A stretch of 64,000 bases of DNA from the NCBI RefSeq assembly GCF_009914755.1, contig NC_060929.1. The stretch is one strand, 5' to 3'. A program made the position numbers and the translations under genes. Below the pieces are notes generated by a model that saw nothing but the letters and a program-made list of their open reading frames with translations, ran no database searches and was not told the origin of the DNA. Below, one piece after another: positions 1 to 14,478 of the stretch. How positions within the stretch are numbered: position 1 is the first letter of the stretch; each line of letters begins with the position of its first letter. The stretch is from the human T2T-CHM13v2.0 reference genome, Homo sapiens.

Positions 1-2860
1 GGGAAAAAGTGAAATACTTTCCTCTAAGATTTGGAGAAGACAAGGATGCCCAAGTTCACCACTGTTATTCAACATAGCAGTGTAAGTCACAGAGCAGTTA
101 AACAAGAGAAAGACATAAATGGCATCCAATGCGGATGCCATTATAATTAGGATAGCTTTGGCTACTCTAGGTCTTCTATATTTAGAAGGAAATATATTTG
201 GAATGGACTTAGACCTAGTCCGGCTCTATCACATACCGGGTTTGTGGTCATTAGCAACTTCTATGTACCCCAAGGCCCACATCCCACATGTATCATGAGG
301 ATAAAGTAATAAAAACCAATCAGCTACTGAGAACTATGTCTAGTCTACATTAAGCATTCTGTGAAAGTTAGTTCTTAGGATTTTGCACTAGATTCTCTGC
401 TGGGTTTTAAGTATAAAGTGTTGAACAAACTAGATATGGACTCTGCCCTTAAAGAGTTTGCATTTCACAGTAAAATAAACTTATATCTAATAAAGCATGA
501 TTTAAATTCCTGGACATCGAATTAATGGACCCCTTGTAATTCCATGACACTGTCTGAAAACATCACCCCTACTTCTCTTATTAGTGGCCCCCACAGCACA
601 AACATTTATGTCAAGGGCACTGTTTACCCCTGCTCCTCAAGTTAGTGGCTGTCATCGCCTTATGGCAGGAGAAAACAGTTGACTCTGTCAAAACCAGATT
701 CATATAGAGGTGTGAAGAATAAACTCCTTTTTCACTTTCTGTAACTTAAGTTAAATTATACATATTTTTAGATGATATAATCTTCTATTTTGAAAAACCT
801 AAAGACCCCACCAAAAAACTGTTAGAACTAATAAAACCAATTCAGTAAAATTGCAGGATACAAAATCAACATACAAAAAACAATAACATTTTTATATTCC
901 AACAGTAAGCACTCTGAAAAAGAAATGAAGAAACTTATCCCATTTACAATAGCTACAAGTACTATAAAATACATAAGAGTTTACCTCACGAAAGAAGTGA
1001 GAGATCTCTGCAATAAAATCTATAAAACATTAATGCAAGAAAGGAGAGGATGCAATAAAATAGAAAGAATTTTATGTTCATAGTTTGGAAGGATCAATAT
1101 TGTTAAAATATCCACACTACTCAAAGCAATACACAGAGTCAATGTAATCCCAATGTAAATACCAGTGACATTCTTCTTAAGAATAGAAAAAGAATCTTAA
1201 AATTTTTATGGACTCACAGAAGACCTAGAGTAGCCAAAGTTATCCTAAGCACAAAGAACCAAACTGTAGGAATCACATTACCTGACTTCAAATTATACCA
1301 CGGAGTTATAGTAACCAGAATAGCTTCGTACTGGTGTAAAAACAGACATAGACCAATCGAACAGAATAGAGAACCCAGAAATAAATCCATACATCCGCAG
1401 AGAACTCATTTTCAATAAAAGTGCCAAGAATATATGCTGAGGAAAGGACAGCCTTTTCAATAAATAACGTTGGGAAAACTGGATAGCCATATAAAGAAGA
1501 ATGAAACTAGACTCCTATCTCTCACCATATACAAAAATTAAATCAAAATGAACTAAAAACTTAAATCTAAGATTTCAAGTTAGGAAACTACTAAAAGAAA
1601 ACATTTGATAACCTCTCCAGGATATTGGTTTGGGCAAAAATTAGTTAAGCAATACACCATAAGCACAGGCAACAAAAGCAAAAATGGATGAATGGGACTA
1701 TATCAAGTTAAAAAGCATCTGTGCAGCAAAAGAAACAATCAACAAAGCAAAGAGACAACCTAAAGAATGAGAAAAAATGCAAACTATTCATCTGACAAGG
1801 GATTAATAACTGAATATATAATGAGCTCAAACAACTCTGTAAGAAAGAAAATCTAAGTATTCGATTTAAAAATGGACAAAATATCTCAATCAACATTTTC
1901 AAAAGAATAAATGCAAATGGCAAACACGTATATGAAAATGTGTTCAACATCATTGATCATCAGAGAAATGCAAATCAAACCTACAATGACATATCATCTA
2001 ATTCCAATTTAAATGGCTTTTATCCAAAAGACAAACAATAACAGATGCTGGTGAGGATATCAGGAAAAGACACGCCTTGTATATTGTTGGCAGGAATGTA
2101 AATTAGTACCAACACTGTGGAAAGCAGTTTAGAGGTTCTTCAAAAAACTAGAAATGGAACTAGCATATGATTCGGCAATCCCACAGATACATACATAGCC
2201 AAGATAAAGGAAAACAATGTGTTGAAGAGACATCTGCACTCTCATGTTTAACTGAGGCACTATTTACCATAGCCAAGATTTAGAAGCAACCTAAGTGTTC
2301 ATCAAGAGACAAATGGATAAAGAAAATGAGGTACATGTACACAATGGAGTACTACTCAGCCATAAAAAATAGCGAGATTCTGTCATTTCAAAAACACAGA
2401 TGGAACTGGAGGTCATTATGTTAAGTGGAATGAGCCAGGCACAGAAAAACCAACTTTACATATTCTCATTTATTTGTTAGATCTCTAAATTAAAACAATT
2501 GTGTTCATGGAGACAGAGAGTAGAATGATGGTTACCAGAGGCTGGGAAGTTTAGTATCGAATGGGGAGGAAGGGGAGTGGTTAATGGGTACAAAAATATA
2601 GTTAGGGGGAATGAATAAGATCTAGTATTTGACAGCACAACAAGGATTGTCAAAAATAATTCATTGCACTTTTAAAAATAACTAAAAGAGTATAATTGGA
2701 TTGTTTATAACACAGAGAAAGCATAAAAGCTTAAGGTAGTGGACATGCCATTTACCCTGATGTGATTATTGTGCATTGTATGCCTGTATCAAAATATCTC
2801 ATGTGCCCCATAAATATATCCACACATTATGTACCTACATAAATATAAAAAATTCAAAAT
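1..2860 (+). mobile_element. L1MA-type LINE-1 (3' ORF2 + 3' UTR), interrupted at ~130-748
   Basis: Degenerate ORF2 motifs (ttattcaacatag, gcaggatacaaaatcaacatac, cattacctgacttcaaattatac) and L1MA2/3-like 3' end (gatctagtatttgacagcacaac...ccccataaatatat) with A-rich tail. Confidence 0.9.
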
Positions 2861-3034
2861 AATTATATAGAAATATTTTTTAAATTAGGACAAATTACTT
2901 CCCAATCAAGTTTGTTTTTTTAAAAATTAGGAGTAAGGTTTGCTTTGGATGTTGGTTTCATCTTTTTGTTTGTTATAAGTTTATGGAGATATAATTGATA
3001 GCCAATAAAAACTGCACATGTTTAATGTATATAA

Positions 3035-3273
3035 AATTGTCCCTTGGTATAGATGGAGGATTGGTTTCAGGGCTCTATATATGCCAAAATTCAAGCATAC
3101 TCTAGTCATGCAGTTGGCCCTGTGGAAATCACATATGTGAAAAGTTGGCCCTTCATATATTTGGGTTTCACATCCTGCAAACATTCTATTTTTCATCCAC
3201 GTTTGGTTGAAAAAAATCTGCATATAAGTGGACCTGCACAATTCAAACCCATGTTGTTCAAGGGGGAAATGTA
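3035..3273 (+). mobile_element. MER8-like Tigger MITE
   Basis: ttgtcccttggtat...gattggtttcagg...aagtggacctgcacaattcaaacccatgttgttcaaggg; ~240 bp, homologous to 45171-45412. Confidence 0.8.
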
Positions 3274-3759
3274 ATTTGATCAGTTGGACATATGCATAGA
3301 GCTGTGATGGATAGGTTTACTAACATCATGGTGGTAGTGATGTAACTGTCATTTTACTTCTTTTTTAACCTGTTATTAATTGCAAAGGTATAACAAACAG
3401 CTCAACTCTTATCATCAGCTATTCTTAACTTTTCTTAAACATATTTTAAATTTTCTAACTTCTTGTCCAATTTTAATTAGGAAAACCATAGAGTAATTTT
3501 AATCATTATAATACAATAATGATAAAATACATTTCCAAGACATGTTTTAGAATAGTGTGTTTCACTTCAGCCATAAATGTATTTCTTTGTTTATTTTAGA
3601 CATATTAGCTTGTATCTTTAAGCCATCTCATATTAGATATTAGCTTCATAATTAGCATATTATTTTGTGGTTTTAAGATAAAAGAAAACCAATTATAATC
3701 CTACTTCTATGCAATGTATTTCCACTATAAAGATTTTCAGTTTAGGCTAATATGCATTA

Positions 3760-5050
3760 CCTGTACTTGAGCTCTCATAGCAAACCACGACAAACCTGGA
3801 CAAAATATGTAAATTCACTGTTTTTAGAAATTGGACAGCAGAAAAGAAGCAACATGACAAGGTATACATTCCCTCTAGCATTCTGTCTGGACAAGAATTT
3901 TACTGCAGGGAAGTAGAGTATGTGCAGAGACTGGAAATCCTGCTGCGAGGAGAAAACAGATCAGAGTTCAGGGCTGCTATTGTGGAACCAGTTGTCTGGG
4001 CAGAGTACAAAGGGAAAAGAGCCACAGAGAAGAGCCCAATCAAGATATCTTTGTAAGAGTTTTGTTAACATTTGTATTGGAATCATAAACTGTGCATGAA
4101 CAGTATGCCTGAAATTTTAACAACTAATTTCAGAGGGTATAAAATACAGAAAGAGGTGAAAGTTTTGACACACCAGAATGGTCTAGTCTCAAATAAACAT
4201 TGTGAACATTAAGATAAGATTTGACAAAAATCATGCATTAGAAGTAAAACCTACATTGCGTGAGTAAAGAGTACATCATAAGAAAAAAATTCAAGCTAAA
4301 ATAGACCCACTTAAACAAAGCTTAAAATCAAGACATGGAAGGGCATTGTATCATGAAAATGTCCAGAATAAAGTAATATAAAAATTACTACACTTAGGAA
4401 GTACCAGAAGAATGCGTGCTATGAAATATATGTATACGAAGTGTGTGTGTGTGTCTGTATGTGTGTGTGGTATGCCAATGGAAGCAGAAGTGCAGTCAAC
4501 CCAGACATGGGTATTAACAGACATGCATGTAATTAGACTTCAAAGAATATACGAAAATTTGCAATCAGAAAATGGAGAAAAGAATATGGCACAGAAGAAT
4601 TTTTTAAAAAGAGATAATGGTGACCTGTTTCAAGTTAGAAGGTCAATCCTCACATCTATGTTCAGTGAATTTCAACCAAGATAATTACAAATAAATGTAA
4701 GCATAGGCACAACATAGTCAAATTGATAAAAGCTAAAGTTTTAGATAAAATATTTGTATTTTCTAAATTCTTCATGATAACATCAGTGATTATTTAGAAG
4801 TGTTATTACTTTTCAAATATTTGAATATCATTTTTTTATTATTGGTTTTTAGTTTGATTTTATTGTCAAAAAAATCTTAAAAGCATCCAAGGAATAAACA
4901 TATGCTCAGAAAACAGAACAAGAGAGACACTTGACTTCATATCAAAAATACTAGAAGGCAGATTTGTTCAGTAAAAATATCTTTCAAAAAATTATTTTTT
5001 TACAAATTTAATAGACAAAAAGAGTAATCTGAGAAAAAAGACCTGAATAT
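3760..5050 (+). mobile_element. Old L1M 5'/ORF1-region relic
   Basis: A-rich degenerate L1 ORF1-like phrases (gcaacatagtcaaattgataaaagctaaag, aaaaatcttaaaagcatcc). Confidence 0.5.
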
Positions 5051-5169
5051 AATGGTATGCAAAGCAGCAAATATTTTTCATACGAGCCCCAGTATGCATT
5101 AACAATAAAAGAAAAAAAAACAAAATATTTGTAATGTCATCAAAATTAAGATCTCATCAAAAGAAAATC

Positions 5170-5660
5170 CATTTTGATGGTGTTCTGATTAGTGCATGCA
5201 TGTTAAGAATTGTTGTTTACCCAAATGACCAATCTTCTTATCATTATGTAATGTTCCAACTTATCTATGATAATTTTCCTTGTTCTATCTTCTTTGATTA
5301 GAGTTAGCTTCGGAATGTCTTTATCTCTTTAATCTATATTTGACTTTATATTTAAAGCGTGTTTATTGAAGACAGCATATTGCTGAGTCTTGAATTTTAA
5401 ATACACTCTATTTCTGTCATTTGTATATTTAGACTATTCACATTTAAATAAATTATTGTCTTATTGGATTCATATCCATCATATTTGTAAGTATTTTCTA
5501 TTAATGTCCCTGATTGTTTGTCTTGTTCAGTCTTTATGTTAGTTTCCAATTTTTTCCTGCCTTGTCTAGGTATAATTGAGCTTTGTCTATGATTCCATTT
5601 CCTTTCCACTCTAAGCAAATTAATTATAATTTAAAATATTTGGTGTTTTGCTTTAGAGTA
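5170..5660 (-). mobile_element. Old L1M fragment (ORF2 endonuclease region), inverted relative to flanking L1 pieces
   Basis: ttatcattatgtaatgttcc, gacagcatattgctgagtcttg, tttagactattcacatttaa are typical antisense L1M phrases. Confidence 0.65.
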
Positions 5661-5930
5661 TTATATGTGTTACATATATAATTATATAGATAAAAATTTA
5701 GATATATTATTTGTAAATATATTATATTAATGTATTATTTATATTTTACTTAAATATAAATATAATTCTATTTATATTATACAAATATAATTCTATTTAT
5801 ATTATACAAATATAATTTTAAAAATATAAATATAGTTATATTTAACTTGAATATATATAATTAATAAATATATATGATTTTATATAATTGCATAAATGTA
5901 TTACGAAATAAAATAATATAAAATTCATGG
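5660..5930. repeat. AT-rich low-complexity tract with a 25-bp tandem unit
   Basis: Nearly pure A/T; aaatataattctatttatattatac occurs twice in tandem around 5758-5817. Confidence 0.85.
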
Positions 5931-6181
5931 TAAAATTTCACCTTGGGAGACTACAAAAGATGAGTAAATTAAACCTGAGGTAAATTCAGCATTGCTGACA
6001 CTTTGATCTTGGACTTCCATCCTCTAGAACCATGAAAAATATTTGTTTTTGTTAAGTCCAAAAAAATAAATAGGAAAAAGGGAAAGAAGTCAATGAAATC
6101 GACAATGAGAGATCATAAAAGGAATCAATGAAACTAAAAGCTGGACATACAAATAAAATGGATAAAACTCTAGCCAGGCTA

Positions 6182-7338
<1,157 letters not shown>

Positions 7339-8224
7339 TTCTGTGCCACAAATTTGAGAACTTAGATGAAATGAACCAATTCATTAAATGCCATCATCTA
7401 CCACTGTTACATCAAGAGAACTAGTCTATATAGGCTTACAGAGAAAATGAATTAACAATTAATATCCTTAAAAAAGTGAAAGCACCAGCCCAGATGGCTG
7501 CAATGGTGAATTCTATCCAACATTTAAGAAAGAATTGCTACAAATTCTCTAAAATCTGTTTCAGAAAGTAGAAGCAGAAGAGCACATCTTAACCATAGGA
7601 AGCCATAATTACTCTAATACAAAAATAAAGATACTGAAAAAAAAAAAACACAGACCAGTGTCTCTCATGAACATGGATGTAAAAATTATCAAAATAAATT
7701 ATCAGATATAATCCAATAGTGTATACAAATAATTACAACATGACCAATTGGGGGTTATTCCAGGTATGCAAGACTGATTGAACACTCAGAAGTGAATTAG
7801 GTAATCTGTCATATCAAGAGGCTAAAAAAAGTCATATGATCATACAAATAGATTTAGAAAAAGTACTTAACAGTTTCCAAAACATATTCATGATAAAAAG
7901 CCAGTAAGAGCAAGCTAAAAATAAAGGAGAATATTTTCTAAATGATGACAAAGGACATCTACAAAAATTTGTACAGCCAATATACTTAATGGTGAAAATC
8001 TAGATGCTTTACCCCTAACATGAGAAACAAGGCAAGAATGTACCCTCTTAATCACTCCTATTCAACATATTACTAGACATCCTACCTAATGCCATAACAC
8101 AAGAAAGGAAAATAATAAGTACACAGATTGTGAAGGAAGAAATAAAACTCTCTTTGTGCACATATAATATGATTGTTCCTGTACAAAATCTCAAAGTATC
8201 CAAAAAAACAAACTTCTGGATCTA

Positions 8225-8960
8225 ATCAGTGAAATGCAAATTAAAACTACAATGAGATACTAGTTTACTTCTGCAAGAATGGCCACAACTAAAAAGTCAA
8301 AAAAGAATAGATGTTGGTGGAGATGTGGTGAACAGGGAATACTTTTAAACTGCTGGAGGGAATGTAAACCAGTACAACCACTATGGAAAACAGTATGAAG
8401 ATCCCTTAAAGAACTAAAAGTAGAACTACCATTGGATCCAGCAATCCCACTACTGGGTATCTAACCAATGAAAAAGAAGTCATTATATGAAATAGACACA
8501 TGCACATGCATGTTTATAGCAGCACCATTTGCAATTGCAAAACTATGGAACCAACCTAAGTGCCTATCAATCAACAAATGAATAAAGTGGCATATATATA
8601 TACCATGGACTACTACTCAGCCATGACAAGGAATGAAATAATGTCTTTCACAGCAACTTGGATGCAGCTGGAGACTATTATGGAAAGGCCAAATAATGGG
8701 ATGGAAAACCAAATATCATACATTTTCATTCATAAGTAGGGGCTAAGCTATAAGGATGTGAAGGCGTGAGAATGATATAATGGACTTTGAGGATTTGGTG
8801 GGGAAGAGTGGGGGGGTGAGAGAAAAAAGTGTACATATTGGGTACAGTGTACACTGCTAGAGTGATGGGTACACCAAAATCTCAGAAATCGCCACTAAAG
8901 AACTTATGCTTGTAGCCAAAACCGCCTGTATCCGCAAGCCATTTAAATAAAAATTTTTAA
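8225..8960 (+). mobile_element. L1PB-type 3' fragment nested in L1MC
   Basis: gaactaaaagtagaactaccatt...cagcaatcccactactgggtat...cattgggtacagtgtacactgct-like...ccactaaagaacttat 3' end. Confidence 0.85.
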
Positions 8961-9552
8961 AATATACAAAATTCAGTATATTTCTATAGCAATTACCACT
9001 TGAGATTGTAATTAAAAAGACAAAATTATCTACATTAATGCCAAAAAAGTAAAATACTTAGGTATAAATTTAGCAATATATGTACAAGTATAAAACTTCT
9101 GATGGAAGAAATCAAGAAACTAAATAAATGGAAACTGAATAAATATTTCATGTTGCTGAATAGGACCACTCAGTATTTTAAAGAGTCTTTCCAACTTGAT
9201 CTATGGATTCAATGCAATTCCACTCAAAGTTAAAGCAAAGGTAACTACATATAATGTTTCCATGAAAAGGTAAAAAATTCAGAATAGCCAACATAATATG
9301 GAGAAAATGAAAGTTGTATAACTGACATTACTCAAAGTAAAGACTTACTATAAAAATACAGTAATCAAGACAGTGTGGTACTGGTGAATAAGTAAACAAA
9401 TAGATCAATGAAACAGAATACAGATCCCAGAAATATACTCAAACAAATATAGTCAACTGATCTCTCACAAACAAGAAAAGACAGTCTTTTCAACAAATTA
9501 TTCTGGACACTGGGCATCTGCATTGAAAAATTAATATAGACCTTATAGCCTT

Positions 9553-9582
9553 CACACACACACACGCACACACACACACACC
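9553..9582. repeat. (CA)n microsatellite
   Basis: cacacacacacacgcacacacacacaca. Confidence 0.95.
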
Positions 9583-12571
9583 ACTCAAAATGTGTTTTTA
9601 GATAATAGACTTAAAAGTAAAATGTAATGTATAAACTTTTAGGCAATAACATAGGACAGAGTATGTCACTCGGGTTTGAAATATTTTTTAGATACAACAC
9701 CAAAAGAATGATCCATGAAAGAAAAATTGGTAAATTGAACTTCATTAAAGTTAAAACCATCTACCTAGTGAAAGATAGTGCTAGGGTAATATAAAGAAAA
9801 GCCACACACTGAAAAATAAAATGTTAGCCAAACACACATGTGGCAAAAGACTTGTATCCAAAATGTACAAAGAACTCTTAAGAAAATAAATAGCCCAATT
9901 AGAAAATGGCTAAAGATCTGAACAGACACCTCACCAAAGAAGACACACATGGCAAATAAGCATATCAAAAATGTGCAACATCATATTTCATTAGTGAATG
10001 GCAAACTAAAACAATGAGACAGCACTACACTCCTATCAGAATGCATAAAGTCCAAAGCACTGACAACATTAAATGCCAGTAAGGATTTGGAGCAATGAGA
10101 ACTCAGTCATTACTGGTAAAATGCTTTAATAAAATATTAAAGTTACTTTGGTGGACAGTTTATGAGTTTCCTACAAAGCTAAACAGTCACAGCATATGAT
10201 CTAGCAATTATATTACCTGGTTGAAAAGCCTGTTGCATGAATATGTATAGCAACTTTATGCATAACTGGAATCAAACAAGATGTCTCTCAATAGTTGAAG
10301 TAATAAATCATGGTACATCCCTATAATGGAATATTATTCAGTAATAAATAATGAGCTGTCAATCTCCAAAAATATATAGAAGGAAATTAAATTCATGTTG
10401 CTAAGACAAAGAAGCTAGTCTGAAAAAGACTATATACCATAGGATTCTAATTATATGACATCTGGGAAAGGCAAAACTATGAAGCAAGTACAATGTTCAG
10501 TGATTGCCAGGACCTCAGGAGGAGTTAGGGAGAGAGGAATAGATGGGGCACAGGGGAATTTTTAGGTGGTGAAATTAGTCTGTATAATATCAAAATGGTG
10601 GATGCAAGACATTATCCATTTGGGAAAACCCATTGAACTGCCCAACACACACAAAAATGAACCCCGATGGGAACTATGCACTTTAGTTAATAATAATATA
10701 GTAATATTGGAATATCATTTTTTAAAATGTACCATGATAATGAAAGATATTTATAATATGAAAAATTCTACTGGGGGCAAGGTGTAGAGGGAGGATATAG
10801 AAACTCTTTGTATTTCCTGCTTAATTTTTCTGTAAACCTAAAACTTCTCTAAAAATAAAAATCTATTAATTCAAAACAAACAAAAATGCATAGTTACAAA
10901 AAAAAAATCAATGTAAAAAAGTGAAAAAGCCATAGGCTGGAATAAAATATTTAGAGAGTATATATTTAAAAAGAACTCATTATCTATTATATATATTTAC
11001 ACATATATTATAAATCAATGAGCAGAATGAACCAATACAAAATAGGTAAAAGAAAAACAGGCATTTCACAAAATTAGATGCTTGTATATTCAAAAAACTT
11101 AAAATCTTGCTCAACACATTATGCTTTAGTAAAATGTAGGTGGAAATCTCAGGATAGGATACTATATATATAATAGAAAAGCTATAGTTAAGTAAATTTT
11201 TAAAAATCGGGTGTGCAAAATATTGTAATTTGAAGCAAAAATTATTTTACTTTTCTAATAAACTCTCTGGCAATTTTGAATAAAATTAATAATACACCTA
11301 ACCTAAGACAGAGTAAGTGCATTCTTCGGCATTTGCACATATATGTCAATGCTCTCTTCAAATACATGTATAAAATTATTCATTTAAGTTTTATTTATGA
11401 TAGCCCAATAACCAACAGGGGAACTGATCAACAAATTGGGGTATATTCATGCAACCCAATACTGCTCAGCAATTAAAAAATAAAACACTGATGTATTCAG
11501 CAACTTGTATGTTCTGAAATATATTATATCAACTACAAAAGTCAAATATATAAATGTGCATCTGGTATGATTCCAATTATATAAAGTTCAAGAACAGAAA
11601 AGATTTATAAGAGTAACTCAGATGATACTAGTTTTCCTTGTCTATGACAGTGACAAGAGAAAATAAAATGAAGAGAAATAGTAACAACAACAATTTAAAA
11701 TATTGTGTGAAATTACAATAAATTTGTAGGATTTATATCAATAAAATATTATATCTTCAGGATGTGACATAAGTAATTTAAATAGAGGAATAATTTCACC
11801 AAGTTATTGGAAGGAAATGTTTAATATTGTAAATATGTCGATTCTCCCAATATCACTTTCTTAAATCAAGTCTAATGATTATTTTTAAACTTAATCTATT
11901 ATAAATTTTAGCTGGAATCTGAAAAATGTCAAAAGTTAATGCAAAAAATATGAACAGGTAAAATTGTTTTAATATATGTATCAACTAGTATTGTTAATAT
12001 GAAATGAGCTCTTAGACTTAAATACAAAAACAAACACTAATTGAAAACCGTATTCAGAAGGTAATCTCATTTCACAAAAGAAATTATAAATAACAAATAA
12101 GCAAAAATATTTATTTTAACTGGTTACCAAAAGTTTAGAAAAGTATATATACATATATATTTATACATATGTATATATACTGTCTCTACTGTTAATAAAT
12201 ATATATATATTCTCAAATTTACAGTGACAAAATAATGATTATAGATGATGTTGGGAAGCAATAATAGAAATATTAACTCCTAATCGATGTGTGAATTTAT
12301 TCAAAAAATGCGGCAAGCAAATGATGATTTCCTTTAAATTAAATATGCATACTTTTTGGCACAATTATCCTAATGCAGTTTTTTTCTACTTAGAAAATAT
12401 AAAAAACACATACTTCTAAGTATATTTATGAAGATGTTTATCCTAATTATGTTTTATTAAAATAAGAACAATAATATACCATAGAGAATTGTTTAGGCAT
12501 GCATGCATGGCTTTTTCCCTATCATTAAGTAGAAGAAATAAAAGTAAAACTAATTTGTAAAAAACACACAT

Positions 12572-12880
12572 GGCCAGGCATGGTGGCTCACCCTGTAATC
12601 CCAGCACTTTGGGAGGCTGAGGCGACTGGATCACTTGAGCCCAGGAGTTTGAGACCAGCCTGGCCAAATGGAGAAACCCTATCTCTACTGTTAATAAAAA
12701 TGCAAACAAAAATTATCCAAGCATGGTGGTGCATGCCTGTAATCCCAGCTAGTCAGGAGACTGAGGCAGGAGACTGAGGCAGGAGAACCCAGGAGGCAGA
12801 GGTTGCAGTGAGCCAAGATTGTGCCACTGCATACTAGCCTGGGTGACAGAGCGAGACTCAGTTGCAAAAAAAAAAAAAGA
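12572..12880 (+). mobile_element. Alu (S/J) with internal rearrangements
   Basis: Dimeric Alu; tandem gagactgaggcag duplication at ~12758-12787; altered central linker. Confidence 0.93.
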
Positions 12881-14478
12881 AAGGAGATTTTTTTGACAAA
12901 TTACCTAGTAAAAAATGAGAGTATGTATAGGATGGATGGCATAATTCCTAGAACATGATATAATGTATTTTTTCTAAAAGTTGAAGAAAGATACTGGCAA
13001 AAGACTTGAACATTTTCAGAGGCTTTTAACTTGCTTCACTTTCCCTGAAAAGATTCCCAGGATCCTATAGTAGTAGTTAAAAAGGAGCTATCTATTTAAA
13101 ATAATGCAAAATTGATTAATGGTACACATTATTAAAAACTAGATATTTGAAGAATATGCAGGGCCAGGAGATTCACAATTGTTAAAGCTGCTATTAGAAT
13201 ATCCTACCAAAAGGTTATAAAAGGTTATAAAAAGTGATGACATTTGATATGTGGTTTTCAGGACCTGGCCCAAGCCCAAATGCCTCTTTTACTAAGGAAA
13301 TATCCAATAACACCCTAGTAGATATCCAGGAATTATTGCTTTTTTTCAGTGACGAAAACATTTCTTCTTTTCAGACACTAACAGGGAGCAGAACCATTGT
13401 CTACATATCTGTTAAATCATGAGAGATCTGAAATAAGACAAACAACATAGAACAGTGGAATTGATTTTGAAAAACGAGGTACTATTAAACTGGTAAGAAC
13501 AATTAACCTGAAAATATTACTGTAGGAAACTAATTTGTATTTAAAAAACCAAGGGCACCTTGCTTGTTTAGTAAAACTAATTCAGAAACATTTGAGAGAG
13601 GCAGTATTTTCTACCTCCCATAGCGTGTTACTGAAAATAAACTTATCCAGGCTGAAGCCGATGTAATAGATAGGGTTTTCATAGAACATAAATTGTGCTT
13701 AGCACAGAGTAGGGGTTTAATAAATAATCACTGAATGAGAAAATGAATGAATGTCTTCCACCAACTCACATAAACATACCATCTTATACTAGTCACTTTC
13801 AGATGGCTTCAAACAACTTAGGATTGCTCAGTTTTAAATCAGAATTAATGCCACATCATTGGATTGTCAGGGAGTGACTCTTGCTAGCTATAAACAATGA
13901 TGAATAATCAGTCCACCTGATTCTGGGAACATATTAGTGTTCCATGAGATGAATGCAGATTGGTTTTGATGCTCTCTCTATAGGCATACATTTGCTATGT
14001 CATCAACGGTAATTTACTCAGCTGGAGGTAATTCTTCCATATGAGAGAACTTCCAGACTCTTTGAAACCATGAGGAAACATCTGCTTGTTTTGTATGCCC
14101 CTTCGGGATGACAGCATTGTGCTGGTCACACCTCAGGGAGTCAATGTCTCTGTCATCCCATACAGATTTTTCCACTCAGCTGCTCCCTGTCATTGTGACA
14201 CAGAAAATATGAACCAGACTATTGCCTATCACAGTTAGGGATGCTCCTCTTGTCCTTTCTAAACTCTAAGGTTTTCTGGGAGTTCATTATGTTGAGGACA
14301 AGTCCCAAAACCAAGTTGATGGAAAAGCCCCTGCAACAGAAACTGTTACAATATCTCCAAATCTTTCACAGAGCAGGTAATGTTGTGTGCTTGGGTAGTG
14401 ATCAGCAGATATGGGGAAAGGAAAAATAGCTTTGAGTGACTAGATAGTCTATGAATAATTTTACTGTCCCACACTTGC

